Source: an archaeon UBA543 (lineage in GTDB: Archaea > Undinarchaeota > Undinarchaeia > Undinarchaeales > UBA543). From it: a stretch of DNA of 64,000 nucleotides. Where the stretch lies: contig DAPM01000017.1 of the NCBI GenBank assembly GCA_002502135.1, positions 5,548 to 69,547 of the forward strand, written 5' to 3'. Shown here piece by piece: positions 47,433-56,702 of this stretch; within the stretch, counting starts at the first letter, position 1; each line of letters starts with the position of its first letter. Made by a program: the position numbers and the translations under genes. The notes under the pieces are model-generated. The model was given only the letters and a program-made list of their open reading frames with translations. It was not told where the DNA came from and did not search any database.

Positions 47433-48349
47433 TTTAGAGCCTCCCTCAGGTCGATTTTGTGAACGCGCCTCTTCCCAATAACAAAACCAGCTGCTTTGTT
47501 AGCCAGTTTTGCAGATTCAAGATCATTTATTCCAGATGCAAGAGCAACAGCAAGCACTGCAGCAACAGTATCTCCAGCTCCTGTAACATCATAAACCTCT
47601 TTAGCTTCTACTGGAATTTGTTCTGCAGTTCCATTTGAAACAAGCATCATTCCTTCTGCTCCCATTGTCATCAAAACTTTGCAGTTCAGCTTTTCTGAAA
47701 GTGTTTTTCCGATTTCTTCAGAAGTGCTGTTCTCAGAATTAACAATTTCTCTGGATTCTTTTAAGTTCGGAGTAATAATTTCAACTCCTTTGAAAATTTC
47801 AGCATTAACTGGTTTTGGATCCACAAGCACTTTCTTTCCAGTTTGCTTTGCAGCTTCCACAATTTTATCAGTCATAACACCTTTTGCATAATCTGAAAGA
47901 ACAATTATGCTGGCGTCTCCTGCTTTTTCTGAAATAGCAGATATGATTTTATCCTCATCCTCTTCACTGATTTTGTCTTTTTTTTCAGTATCAATTCTGA
48001 GCAACTGCTCTAACTCACTAGTTACAATCCTTTTCTTAACAGTTGTAGGACGGTTTTTGTCAATTATAATTGAGTCAGCCGTTATTCCGCTGGATTTGAT
48101 AAGTTCTGCAAGCTCTTTGCCTTCTGAATCATCACCAATAACACCAACCAGCTCTGCTTTTGCTCCAAGCTCAACAATATTTTTTGCAACATTTGCAGCT
48201 CCGCCAAGAACATCCTTTATTTTCTCTTTGTTAAAAACCGGTACAGGAGCTTCTGGTGAAATCCTACTTGCATCTCCAATAACATATCTGTCCAGCATTA
48301 AGTCTCCAATAATAAGTACTTTGACTGATTCTGGTTTCAGCTCGCTCAT
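47429..48349 (-). CDS. rfaE1: D-glycero-beta-D-manno-heptose-7-phosphate kinase (HldE domain I)
   Basis: GDLMLDRY, RISPEAPVP, LSDYAKG, VDPK, TPN and DVTGAGDTV. Confidence 0.94.
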   Translation of the reverse strand: MSELKPESVKVLIIGDLMLDRYVIGDASRISPEAPVPVFNKEKIKDVLGGAANVAKNIVELGAKAELVGVIGDDSEGKELAELIKSSGITADSIIIDKNRPTTVKKRIVTSELEQLLRIDTEKKDKISEEDEDKIISAISEKAGDASIIVLSDYAKGVMTDKIVEAAKQTGKKVLVDPKPVNAEIFKGVEIITPNLKESREIVNSENSTSEEIGKTLSEKLNCKVLMTMGAEGMMLVSNGTAEQIPVEAKEVYDVTGAGDTVAAVLAVALASGINDLESAKLANKAAGFVIGKRRVHKIDLREALK

Positions 48350-48888
48350 TCAAGCGCCTCGCAAATTTCATGAAGTATGAAAGCGTGCATTTCTTGAATT
48401 CGTGGAACCTGATCTGATTGCACCTGAATACCAAGATCGCATTCTCCAGCAAGTGTTCCGACATTTCCTGTCAATGCAATTGTCTTTATTCCAAGTGATT
48501 TTGCTTTCTGAGCAGCTTTAACAACATTCTCAGAAGTTCCGCTTGTGCTAATCACAATTAAAACATCTCCTTGCTTGCCTAGAGCTTCAACCTGCCTCTC
48601 AAAAACTTTGTCATAACCATAATCATTGGAAATTGCTGTCATAACAGCAGTGTTAGCATTAAGAGAAATTCCTTCAAGGGGCTTCCTGTCGCTTTTGTAC
48701 TTGCAAACCAGTTCTGCAATAAAATGGTTAGCATCAGAAGCAGATCCGCCATTACCGCAAGCAAGAACTTTGTGCCCAGCCAGGTGGCACTCTTTAATTG
48801 CATTTACTGCATTCTGCACCTGATCTTTCAGGCCAATAGCGCTTCGCGCCAGGCTTGCTAAATTTTCTGCTCGCTCTTCAAATGTCAT
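48346..48888 (-). CDS. gmhA: sedoheptulose-7-phosphate isomerase, canonical
   Basis: CGNGGSASDA.H..AEL, NDYGY..VFERQVEA, ISTSG.S.NV and RIQEMH. Confidence 0.94.
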   Translation of the reverse strand: MTFEERAENLASLARSAIGLKDQVQNAVNAIKECHLAGHKVLACGNGGSASDANHFIAELVCKYKSDRKPLEGISLNANTAVMTAISNDYGYDKVFERQVEALGKQGDVLIVISTSGTSENVVKAAQKAKSLGIKTIALTGNVGTLAGECDLGIQVQSDQVPRIQEMHAFILHEICEALE

Positions 48889-48938
48889 AGTTTTAGAACT
48901 CCTGATTTTGTTATTTAAAGTTAATGAAAGGCTAATTT

Positions 48939-49045
48939 ATCTTGAAGTGGCAGAAAATCCATGTTTTCAAATCACTCAGACCGCTTCAAGATTCACCCAG
49001 GAAATAGAACCCCGGCCGTTAGGTCGGGGATTGAATGACTGGGTG
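48939..49045. mobile_element. IS200/IS605-like terminal hairpin remnant (PATE-like) or structured terminator
   Basis: Hairpin CCCCGGCC-GTTA-GGTCGGGG (49010-49029) nested in CACCCAG/CTGGGTG, plus a second stem ATCTTGAAGTGG/CCGCTTCAAGAT; no transposase nearby. Confidence 0.45.
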
Positions 49046-49999
49046 TTATCTGATTCCTGCGCGTATTTTGCTCTTCAAACCGCTCCCAATCTTCGAGTAA
49101 GCAGAAGCAGCTAATTTCAATGAACTACTAGAGTAAACACGAGTGTAATCAGCAATTTCACCACCCCAGCCTAGTTTGAAGTTTCGGATTCCCTCAATTC
49201 CGGCTCCCAACATGTCGTATTTCTTAAAACCATTTTCATAAGCCCATTTTATTATATGCCACTGGATTACATTATTTGGATACAATTTTGCAAGTTCTCC
49301 CTTGATCGATGCACCTGTCCAATAATAAATTGTTTTTCCAGAGTGCGGGAAAGCAGCACAGCCTATTGTTTTTCCCTGATACTTTGCAAATAAGAGTTTG
49401 ATCTGGTTCTTTGCATGCAAGCCCTGGATTATTTTCTTGTAAAATTCTTTTGGAAGTGGATTATAGTCGCTTGCAGAGTAGGTTTCCATTAGCATTTTGT
49501 AATAAGTTTCAATTGCTTCATCAGAATAATCTTCTTCAATTGTTACTCCATCCTTCTCAGCTTTGTTAACGCAGTATCTGTGCCCTTTTTTGATTATTTT
49601 GAAGTGCTCCTCAGCACTTGGTTGATTGAATTTTGTAATAATTGTCTGAGCTGTTTCAGAAGAGCCGAAATCTGTCTGAGTTCCAGGTGGAAGTATCATG
49701 AAAAAGTTTCCAGCTTCTTTTTTGAGTTGTTTGAGCTTGCTGTTAATATCAGAATCTTTTGAAACAATGCCAAGGTATGCTGTTTCTGTTCCGAAAATCG
49801 GTGAGAATCCAATCTCCACTGGCCCCATCTTTTTTCTGAAAATCGGGCAAATAGCATTTTTAAAAACAGCAATTTCGCATTTAGTTCCTAGACTTTCTAA
49901 TGCAGACAACCATTCATAAGAATGGAAAGGCGTTGCTTGCTCAAGCTGACTATATTCTTCAACAAGTTCCTTTGCTTCTTCAAGTGTTTTGATTTCCAT
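49046..49999 (-). CDS. FemAB-like double GNAT protein (Acetyltransf_6 type)
   Basis: ATPFHSYEW, R..VNKAEKDG, YYWTGAS, PNNVIQW and GIRNFKLGWGG. Confidence 0.85.
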   Translation of the reverse strand: MEIKTLEEAKELVEEYSQLEQATPFHSYEWLSALESLGTKCEIAVFKNAICPIFRKKMGPVEIGFSPIFGTETAYLGIVSKDSDINSKLKQLKKEAGNFFMILPPGTQTDFGSSETAQTIITKFNQPSAEEHFKIIKKGHRYCVNKAEKDGVTIEEDYSDEAIETYYKMLMETYSASDYNPLPKEFYKKIIQGLHAKNQIKLLFAKYQGKTIGCAAFPHSGKTIYYWTGASIKGELAKLYPNNVIQWHIIKWAYENGFKKYDMLGAGIEGIRNFKLGWGGEIADYTRVYSSSSLKLAASAYSKIGSGLKSKIRAGIR

Positions 50000-50837
50000 T
50001 TACTTTTTCTGCAATTTTCATGCAGTTTGCTTTCCAGCATTTCTGATCTTTTGAAACTCTTTCAACTAACCACTGGTAGAACTGTCTCTGTCTTGGTAGG
50101 TCTTCGGAAAGCGAGCGCTGGTGTACGATTATGTTTATTATTTTTCTATCTTGTTTGGCTTTCTGAATTAATGCCTCGACTTTCTCAATCGCTTTTTCCA
50201 GTTTCAGATTTTCGTAAAATGGACTGAACAAGTAGGTCTCCATTAAATGAACAGGAATTTCAACAATCCCTTCTGGAGTTTTGTAAGCCTGCTTTAATCC
50301 TCCTGATTTGTCAAGTTCTGTTGTATCATATTCATATCCAGCAGTTTTCAGGAGCTTGAGCATATTTGGGTGAGTTTTGAGGTAATGCATCCGAATTCCT
50401 CTCGGCCTTCTATGAAGCATATTGTAAAGAGTTGCATATTCGTCCTTGATTTCTTTTTCATTATCCTGAAACTGTCCATGCACTCCAACTTCAAAATTGA
50501 ATGGAATTGTTTTTACTTTCTCCCTTGCTTGGTCTCGGTCGTACTTCAAGCCGATTCCTGGGTTCATTGCAAAAAAGAAAGTGCTTGGAATACTGTTTTT
50601 GAAATCCAGTTCACACATTTCGTGAACACAATCCCATGAATCTTTTTTAGTGAAAAAAGAGTTTTTTATAACTTTCAGATAGCTTAGGATACTTCTCCTA
50701 AGTCTGAGTACTTCAATCGAACAGGTAACCCAGAATTCAATTATTTCCCAAAACCGGTGCTCCTTGTGCCCTAAATGGTCAACATCGTGACTAATGCAGA
50801 TTCCCCACTCATATTCTTCAGGAAGTATTGACGCCAT
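49980..50837 (-). CDS. polysaccharide deacetylase-like protein (CE4/NodB fold)
   Basis: SHDVDH, STFFF, EVGVHG, GIRMHYL, YDTT and VEIP. Confidence 0.83.
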   Translation of the reverse strand: MASILPEEYEWGICISHDVDHLGHKEHRFWEIIEFWVTCSIEVLRLRRSILSYLKVIKNSFFTKKDSWDCVHEMCELDFKNSIPSTFFFAMNPGIGLKYDRDQAREKVKTIPFNFEVGVHGQFQDNEKEIKDEYATLYNMLHRRPRGIRMHYLKTHPNMLKLLKTAGYEYDTTELDKSGGLKQAYKTPEGIVEIPVHLMETYLFSPFYENLKLEKAIEKVEALIQKAKQDRKIINIIVHQRSLSEDLPRQRQFYQWLVERVSKDQKCWKANCMKIAEKVNGNQNT

Positions 50838-50894
50838 GTTCGAAGCTTCCTTCAAAAAGTATTTAAGAGTTATTAAGGAGAAATCGTTACTACA

Positions 50895-52184
50895 ATGAGA
50901 ATAAGTGTTATCGGAACTGGTTACGTCGGTCTAATTACTGGAACAGGCCTTGCCAGCAAGGGGCATACAGTCACTTGCGTGGATATTGATAAAGAGAAGG
51001 TTGAGAAGATCAACAAGGGGATTTCTCCTATTTTTGAAGAGAATCTGGATGAAATGCTGAAAAAAGCTATTGCAAAAGGCAATTTCAATGCAACTCTCGA
51101 TATCAAAAATGCAATTTTCAATACTGAACTTTCTTTTATTTGTGTAGGAACTCCTTCCAAGGATGACGGAAGCGCTGACCTGAAATACGTTGAAGCTGCT
51201 GCAAAATCAATAGGAGAAGCACTGAAAGAAAAAGATGCTTACCATCTTGTTATTATGAAAAGCACTGTAATCCCTGGAACAACTGAGAATGTGCTTATTC
51301 CAATACTGGAGAAAGAATCTGGCAAGAAAGCTGGTGAAGCTTTCGGAGTCTGCATGACCCCTGAGTTTCTGCGAGAAGGCAGAGCAGTTGAAGATTTCCT
51401 GAATCCTGACCGAGTTATAATTGGACAACTGGACAGCAAAGCTGGAAATCTGGCAAAACAGGTTCATGAAACAAAGGACAGGCCGTTCCTGCGAACAGAT
51501 TTGAGAACTGCAGAAATGATAAAATACTCAAGTAATGCTTTCCTTGCTACAAAAATCTCATTCATTAATGAAATTGGTAATATTTGCAAGAAAATTGGAG
51601 CAGACACACTACAGGTTTCACGCGGAATTGGTATGGATCATAGGATTTCACCGCACTTTCTGCGTCCTGGAATTGGGTTCGGAGGCTCCTGCTTTCCAAA
51701 AGATGTGAAAGCACTGATGCACCAGGCATCTGATGATTATGATTACAAACCAAAGATTCTGAATGCAGTAATGGAAGTTAATGATGACCAGCCATTGAGA
51801 CTTATTGAATTAGCTGAAAAGAAACTTGGCGACTTAAACGGCAAGACTGCTGCTATCCTTGGATTGGCGTTTAAGGCAGGTACTGACGACTTGAGAGAGT
51901 CCAGAGCTATTCCAATTATTCACAAACTCATTGAAAAAGGTGTTAAAGTGCAGGGTTATGATCCAAAAGCTGGTGAAACTGCCAAGGAAGAGTTTGGAGA
52001 CAAGATAACTTATGCTCAAAACATCCAAGAAGCTTTGAAAGATGCTGACTTTTGTTTAATAACAACTGAGTGGCCTGAGTTCAAGAACATTAATTTTGAT
52101 GGAATGAAGGGAAAAGCAGTGTTTGACGGAAGAAATATTCTTGAGAACCGCGCAGATGTTGATTATGAAGGGCTTTGTTGGTGA
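50895..52184 (+). CDS. ugd: UDP-glucose/GDP-mannose 6-dehydrogenase
   Basis: GTGYVG, KSTV, PEFLREG, GFGGSCFPKD and FKAGTDDLRES. Confidence 0.93.
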   Translation: MRISVIGTGYVGLITGTGLASKGHTVTCVDIDKEKVEKINKGISPIFEENLDEMLKKAIAKGNFNATLDIKNAIFNTELSFICVGTPSKDDGSADLKYVEAAAKSIGEALKEKDAYHLVIMKSTVIPGTTENVLIPILEKESGKKAGEAFGVCMTPEFLREGRAVEDFLNPDRVIIGQLDSKAGNLAKQVHETKDRPFLRTDLRTAEMIKYSSNAFLATKISFINEIGNICKKIGADTLQVSRGIGMDHRISPHFLRPGIGFGGSCFPKDVKALMHQASDDYDYKPKILNAVMEVNDDQPLRLIELAEKKLGDLNGKTAAILGLAFKAGTDDLRESRAIPIIHKLIEKGVKVQGYDPKAGETAKEEFGDKITYAQNIQEALKDADFCLITTEWPEFKNINFDGMKGKAVFDGRNILENRADVDYEGLCW

Positions 52185-52305
52185 GATTTAGCTAATTTCT
52201 CTATATTTCGTTGTTTTAGCTGTGCGATTATGAGTTTAATGCCTTTAGCGGTATCTCAATACACGACATATGAACATATAAATACTAGTAAAAATAACCC
52301 AGATT

Positions 52306-52917
52306 ATGCGTGAAATCAGGTTTTCAATAAAACATAAGGGAAGCTGGTCTTTAGAAGCAGTTGCGGACTTCTTTGATGTGAAGGCTAGTCTAATTGGAAA
52401 TAACTTGTGGAAGTTTGAAGCCAAAGATGAGAGACAGATTGCGGACTTTCTAAAATTCTTTCAGAATCACAGATCTGTTGATGCTTCAAAACTCGTTTTC
52501 CAGCAGGGAAAGTTTGCAGTTGTTCACGAGAAATCAGGTTCTGAAATCCGCAATCTAATTTCCAAACACAATTGCCACGCAGGTTCGAACATGTCAGTAG
52601 CAAATGGTTTTGAGAACTGGGTTGTTTTTGCAGAGAATTCACAGGATGCAACCAATTTGATGAAAGACTTGAACAAGCTTGGCGAAGTTATTGTTGATAA
52701 AATGGGGAAATATGATCCAAATAAGAGCCAATTCCAGCTTACTGACAAGCAATTACATTCAATAAATCTGGCTGTTGCTTATGGTTACTACAACTGGCCT
52801 CGCAAAGTAACTCTAGAAGAGCTAGCAACTGTCCGAAAAGTTTCCAGACGCACTTATCAGGACCATCTGAGAAAAGCTGAAGAGAAAATTCTTAGGAAAA
52901 TTGTTGAAGAACTCTAA
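52306..52917 (+). CDS. HTH_10 (Bat-like) archaeal transcription regulator
   Basis: C-terminal LTDKQ...A...GYYNWPRKVTLEELA...HLRKAE. Confidence 0.9.
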   Translation: MREIRFSIKHKGSWSLEAVADFFDVKASLIGNNLWKFEAKDERQIADFLKFFQNHRSVDASKLVFQQGKFAVVHEKSGSEIRNLISKHNCHAGSNMSVANGFENWVVFAENSQDATNLMKDLNKLGEVIVDKMGKYDPNKSQFQLTDKQLHSINLAVAYGYYNWPRKVTLEELATVRKVSRRTYQDHLRKAEEKILRKIVEEL

Positions 52918-53888
52918 AACAGAATTCCCCACAACAAACCTAAACCGTAACTAAAGTGCACAACCATATACCCTACAAACATTACAATACCTTCATTAGC
53001 ATTCTTTGCAATTTTCGTGCAGGAGTAGATTATCGGTGCAACATAGATCACAAAACCAGCAAGCAGGAGCTGTTTTGCAATTGGGAACATACAGCTCAGA
53101 ATTGATAGTGTTACAAAGAATAGAACCATTGAAGCTGGAACAAGATAAACTGGTTTGAATGAGTAATGATGCTTCTCAATCATTTTTGTGCGGGCCCACC
53201 CGTACCAGAACATCTGCTTTGCCAATCCAGTATAGCTCGGTCGCTTGTATTGCTCAACATAAGTCTGCGGAGTGTACAGAAGTTTGTAACCGTCTTTTCT
53301 CAATTTAATATTTAATTCAGCATCTTGTCCGATTCTGAATTTCGGATCATTCAAACCAACATCAAGAAGCGCTTTTTTTCTATAAAGTGTAAATGAAACT
53401 GACTCCACAAAATTGTCTTTTTCATCCTGACTTTGCGAAGTTCCTATTCCGCCAACTCTGCTGTAAAGGATTTTCCCAACTGCTTTCTGGAAATCTGTGG
53501 AATCTGCAGGATCTTTGTGCCTGCACCCAACTCCTGCAACATTTGTTGGCTGGCTGTCCAGTTTTTTAGTAAGAATTTTCAGTAAATTTGGAGCAACTAG
53601 TGTGTGTCCGGACAACTGCATAATGTATTTGCCTTTTGCTTTCTTTATTCCAATATTTCTTCCTGATCCTGACTCCTGATGCTGGTTGTTCAGCAGAGTA
53701 ATTTTCACTTTAGACTTCTTCTGCCACTCTCGAATAATGTCTCTAGTATTATCTTCAGACTTTCCGTCTGCAAAAATGATTTCGTAGTCCTTTACAGGGT
53801 AATGCTGTTTGACCAGGGTTGGAATTACTTTCGTAAGGTTTCTGCCCTCATTCCTCACAGCAATTACAATTGATACTTTTACTCCCAC
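52914..53888 (-). CDS. GT2 glycosyltransferase (ExoA-like) with C-terminal TM segments
   Basis: AVRNE, DGKSED.T, QDAELN and QMFWYG. Probable GTG start at 53888, about 20 nt after a TATA-like box. Confidence 0.85.
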   Translation of the reverse strand: MGVKVSIVIAVRNEGRNLTKVIPTLVKQHYPVKDYEIIFADGKSEDNTRDIIREWQKKSKVKITLLNNQHQESGSGRNIGIKKAKGKYIMQLSGHTLVAPNLLKILTKKLDSQPTNVAGVGCRHKDPADSTDFQKAVGKILYSRVGGIGTSQSQDEKDNFVESVSFTLYRKKALLDVGLNDPKFRIGQDAELNIKLRKDGYKLLYTPQTYVEQYKRPSYTGLAKQMFWYGWARTKMIEKHHYSFKPVYLVPASMVLFFVTLSILSCMFPIAKQLLLAGFVIYVAPIIYSCTKIAKNANEGIVMFVGYMVVHFSYGLGLLWGILF

Positions 53889-53946
53889 ATTATCTGTTCT
53901 AATTAGTGTATTTAAGAGTTTTGTGGATTGCTGTTGTTTTGTAGGA

Positions 53947-54049
53947 TTAGGTGTTAGGCGTTGGGCTTTAGGCTTTAGGTTTTGATAGAACAGAACTAAC
54001 GCCCAAAGCCCATTCTGTTTACTCAAATAACTCAGAACGCCTAACGCCA
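53947..54049. repeat. heptamer tandem repeat with inverted partner copies
   Basis: TTAGGTG TTAGGCG TTGGGCT TTAGGCT TTAGGTT (53947-53981), then complementary-type CTAACGC CCAAAGC and AACGC CTAACGC. Confidence 0.7.
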
Positions 54050-54095
54050 TCGTTCCCCAACTTATTTAAACAACAAATTCTGATACTTTTCGGGA

Positions 54096-55028
54096 ATGGG
54101 CGACAAAGTTTTAGTAACAGGTTCAGCTGGTTTTATCGGCTCTAATCTAGCAGAAGCACTCTGCAAAAAAGACTACAACGTTCTTGGGATTGACTGTTTT
54201 ACTGATTATTATCCAAGGAAGCTGAAAGAACAGAACCTTTCAAACCTAAAATCAGAGAAGAATTTCGAGTTTCTGGAAACAAATCTGGTCGACTGCGATA
54301 TTTCAAAGCTTCTAGACGGTGTTTCAACAATCTACCACGAAGCTGCACAACCAGGTGTTCGATACAGCTGGGATCATGTGCAAGTCTATATTGATAACAA
54401 CATAATCGCAACCCAGCGCCTGCTTGAAGCTGCAAGAAAAAACAAGCAGAAAATTGTTTTTGCATCATCCTCTTCTGTTTACGGAGATGTGAAAGAGCTT
54501 CCAGTAAAAGAATCCACCGAATTGAATCCAATTTCGCCCTACGGTGTCACCAAAGTCACTTGCGAGGATCTTCTCAAGATTTACAATGAAGCTCATGGAA
54601 TTCCTTCTGCGATTCTCAGATATTTCACAGTTTACGGGCCAAGGCAGAGGCCGGATATGGCGATTAATATTTTCAGTAATAAAATAATGAATGGTGAAGC
54701 ATTTGAATTGTACGGCGATGGTTCGCAGTCCCGTGATTTCACTTATGTTGATGACATTGTTGCAGGAACAATTTCTGCAGGCGAGTCTTCAAAAGAATTT
54801 GAAACTTACAATATTGGCGGCGGTTCTACTATAACTGTGAAGGGATTAATTGACAAAATCGGAGAAATAGTTGGAAAAGAGCCGAACTACAAGTGTGTAG
54901 GAGAGCAGAAAGGGGATGTAAAACACACTCATGCTGATATCACAAAAGCTAAAAACGATCTTGGCTATTCACCAAAGACGAAAACCGCTGAAGGTCTTCA
55001 AAATTATATTAATTTCATTAAAGGTTAA
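54096..55028 (+). CDS. NAD-dependent epimerase (UDP-glucuronate/UDP-glucose 4-epimerase-like)
   Basis: TGSAGFIGS, AAQPGVRYS, YGVTK and FTVYGPRQRPDMA. Confidence 0.9.
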   Translation: MGDKVLVTGSAGFIGSNLAEALCKKDYNVLGIDCFTDYYPRKLKEQNLSNLKSEKNFEFLETNLVDCDISKLLDGVSTIYHEAAQPGVRYSWDHVQVYIDNNIIATQRLLEAARKNKQKIVFASSSSVYGDVKELPVKESTELNPISPYGVTKVTCEDLLKIYNEAHGIPSAILRYFTVYGPRQRPDMAINIFSNKIMNGEAFELYGDGSQSRDFTYVDDIVAGTISAGESSKEFETYNIGGGSTITVKGLIDKIGEIVGKEPNYKCVGEQKGDVKHTHADITKAKNDLGYSPKTKTAEGLQNYINFIKG

Positions 55029-55034
55029 CCCAAA

Positions 55035-56702
55035 ATGGCTGAAAAAACCAAAAAATTCGACAAAAAATACGTCATCTATATAGCACTCGTGCTTTTGATA
55101 CTTGTTGGCGCATACTTCCGTTTTTACCATGCGGATTATCCTGCTGTGGGGTACCACAATTGGAAAGAAACCCACTATCTCACTGAAGCTAGGAACTTCA
55201 ATCAGGACGGTTTCTTTGCAAATGGATTCTTTGCACCAGAATGGGATTATCCTGCACTTAACACAAATCAAGCTGGTTTGCACGGCGATACTTTCCCCAT
55301 GATAAGTGTGCTTACTGCAGTTTCTTTCAAAATTTTCGGAGAAACATTGCTTGCAGCGCGGATGATAGGAATCCTATGCGGACTAGCTGCAATTTATCTG
55401 ATGTTCCAGATCTGCAAGAAAATGTTCAAGCGCGATGATATTGCAATCGTTGCTGCAGCTCTTACGGCTATAAGTCCGCTGTTTGTGTTTTTCAGCAGAA
55501 ATGTTCAGCTTGTAAATCCTGCACTTCTATTCATGCTGTTGTCCTGGTATTTCTTCCTTGATTGGCGTGAGTCACTTGCTTTGAAGAAAGGTATACTGAC
55601 TGCGTTATTTTTGATGCTATCTCTTCTGACAAAATATTCATTCTTCTTAATTGCAATTCCAATGCTTGCAACAATTCCTAAGAAAGTTTGGAAAGAAGTT
55701 GGCGGAGCTGCAAAGAAATTCAATTTGAAAAAGCTCAAACCATATCTGATTTATGGTGCACTCATGCTTCCGGTTCCTGCCTGGTATGCTTATGCAAAAG
55801 TCCTTGAAGCAAAGAGTGGAATGACAACTGTTTCAAGCTCTATTTTCACTGCAGACATGGCTGGAATTCTTTCCAGTTCATGGTGGACTGCAGTTAAGGG
55901 ATATGTAGCTGACAATTACACAATGATTGGGTTTATTATTGCAATTGTCGGGCTTCTGCTTGTTTACTTTATGAAAAAGGACAGTTTCGGCAACAAATTC
56001 ACACTCTGGTATGCTGCAGGATCTGTTCCATGGATTCTAATGATGGTCGGACAGCTTGGAGGCCACTCTTACCATCAATATCCAATTGCTCCTTTGATTA
56101 TAATTCTGATGTCATATGCGCTTGTGGCTGTTGTAACAAACATTGCTGGAATGGTTGGAAAAGGAGTTACAAGAGATTATGCAAAGTATGGACTCCTCTT
56201 GTTAGCAGTAATTCTTCTCCTAATACCGTCTGTAAGTGCAGCTTCCAGGCAGTTTGATGTTCAATTCCTGGGATTGGATATTGCTGGCGAATATATTAAA
56301 GATCACAGCTCTCCTGAAGACAGAATAATTTTCTCCAGAGGCCAGAGCTTTGGAGTATTATGGCATGCAGACAGGAAAGGATATGGAATTCCGCTTCCAG
56401 AAGCGGATCAGATAATGGCTGGAGAAGCTCAAGGTGTGAAGTGGATTTTGCTTTATCAATGGGGATTAGGAACTTTCCAGAATCCTGGCAGTGCTGGATA
56501 CTTGCAGGAAAATTATGCTCCTGTGCAAATGGGCTTCATGAGCAATGGCGAGCAGACTCAACTGGTTTATATCTTGTTAAAGAAGGGAGGCTCTTTCACT
56601 CAGGAGAGTTTGCAAGCATTCCCTAATGAACATGGGGTTGACACTAAAATCTATGAATTCTCCAAAGGATACATAGAATTTGCATACTCTTCTGCTGACT
56701 AA
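55035..56702 (+). CDS. GT-C fold (ArnT/PMT-like) membrane glycosyltransferase
   Basis: YHNWKE luminal motif, ARM, SPLFVFFSR, LTK and many TM segments. Confidence 0.82.
   Translation: MAEKTKKFDKKYVIYIALVLLILVGAYFRFYHADYPAVGYHNWKETHYLTEARNFNQDGFFANGFFAPEWDYPALNTNQAGLHGDTFPMISVLTAVSFKIFGETLLAARMIGILCGLAAIYLMFQICKKMFKRDDIAIVAAALTAISPLFVFFSRNVQLVNPALLFMLLSWYFFLDWRESLALKKGILTALFLMLSLLTKYSFFLIAIPMLATIPKKVWKEVGGAAKKFNLKKLKPYLIYGALMLPVPAWYAYAKVLEAKSGMTTVSSSIFTADMAGILSSSWWTAVKGYVADNYTMIGFIIAIVGLLLVYFMKKDSFGNKFTLWYAAGSVPWILMMVGQLGGHSYHQYPIAPLIIILMSYALVAVVTNIAGMVGKGVTRDYAKYGLLLLAVILLLIPSVSAASRQFDVQFLGLDIAGEYIKDHSSPEDRIIFSRGQSFGVLWHADRKGYGIPLPEADQIMAGEAQGVKWILLYQWGLGTFQNPGSAGYLQENYAPVQMGFMSNGEQTQLVYILLKKGGSFTQESLQAFPNEHGVDTKIYEFSKGYIEFAYSSAD

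Noticed and set aside
45827-48888. True LPS biosynthesis or a bacterial contig
   Set aside because: No lipid A or Kdo genes; archaeal marker genes and TATA promoters occur throughout, including before gmhA.
53889-54050. N-terminal extension of ORF 52914..54050
   Set aside because: It translates the heptamer repeat and promoter region; GT2 similarity starts at about 53888.
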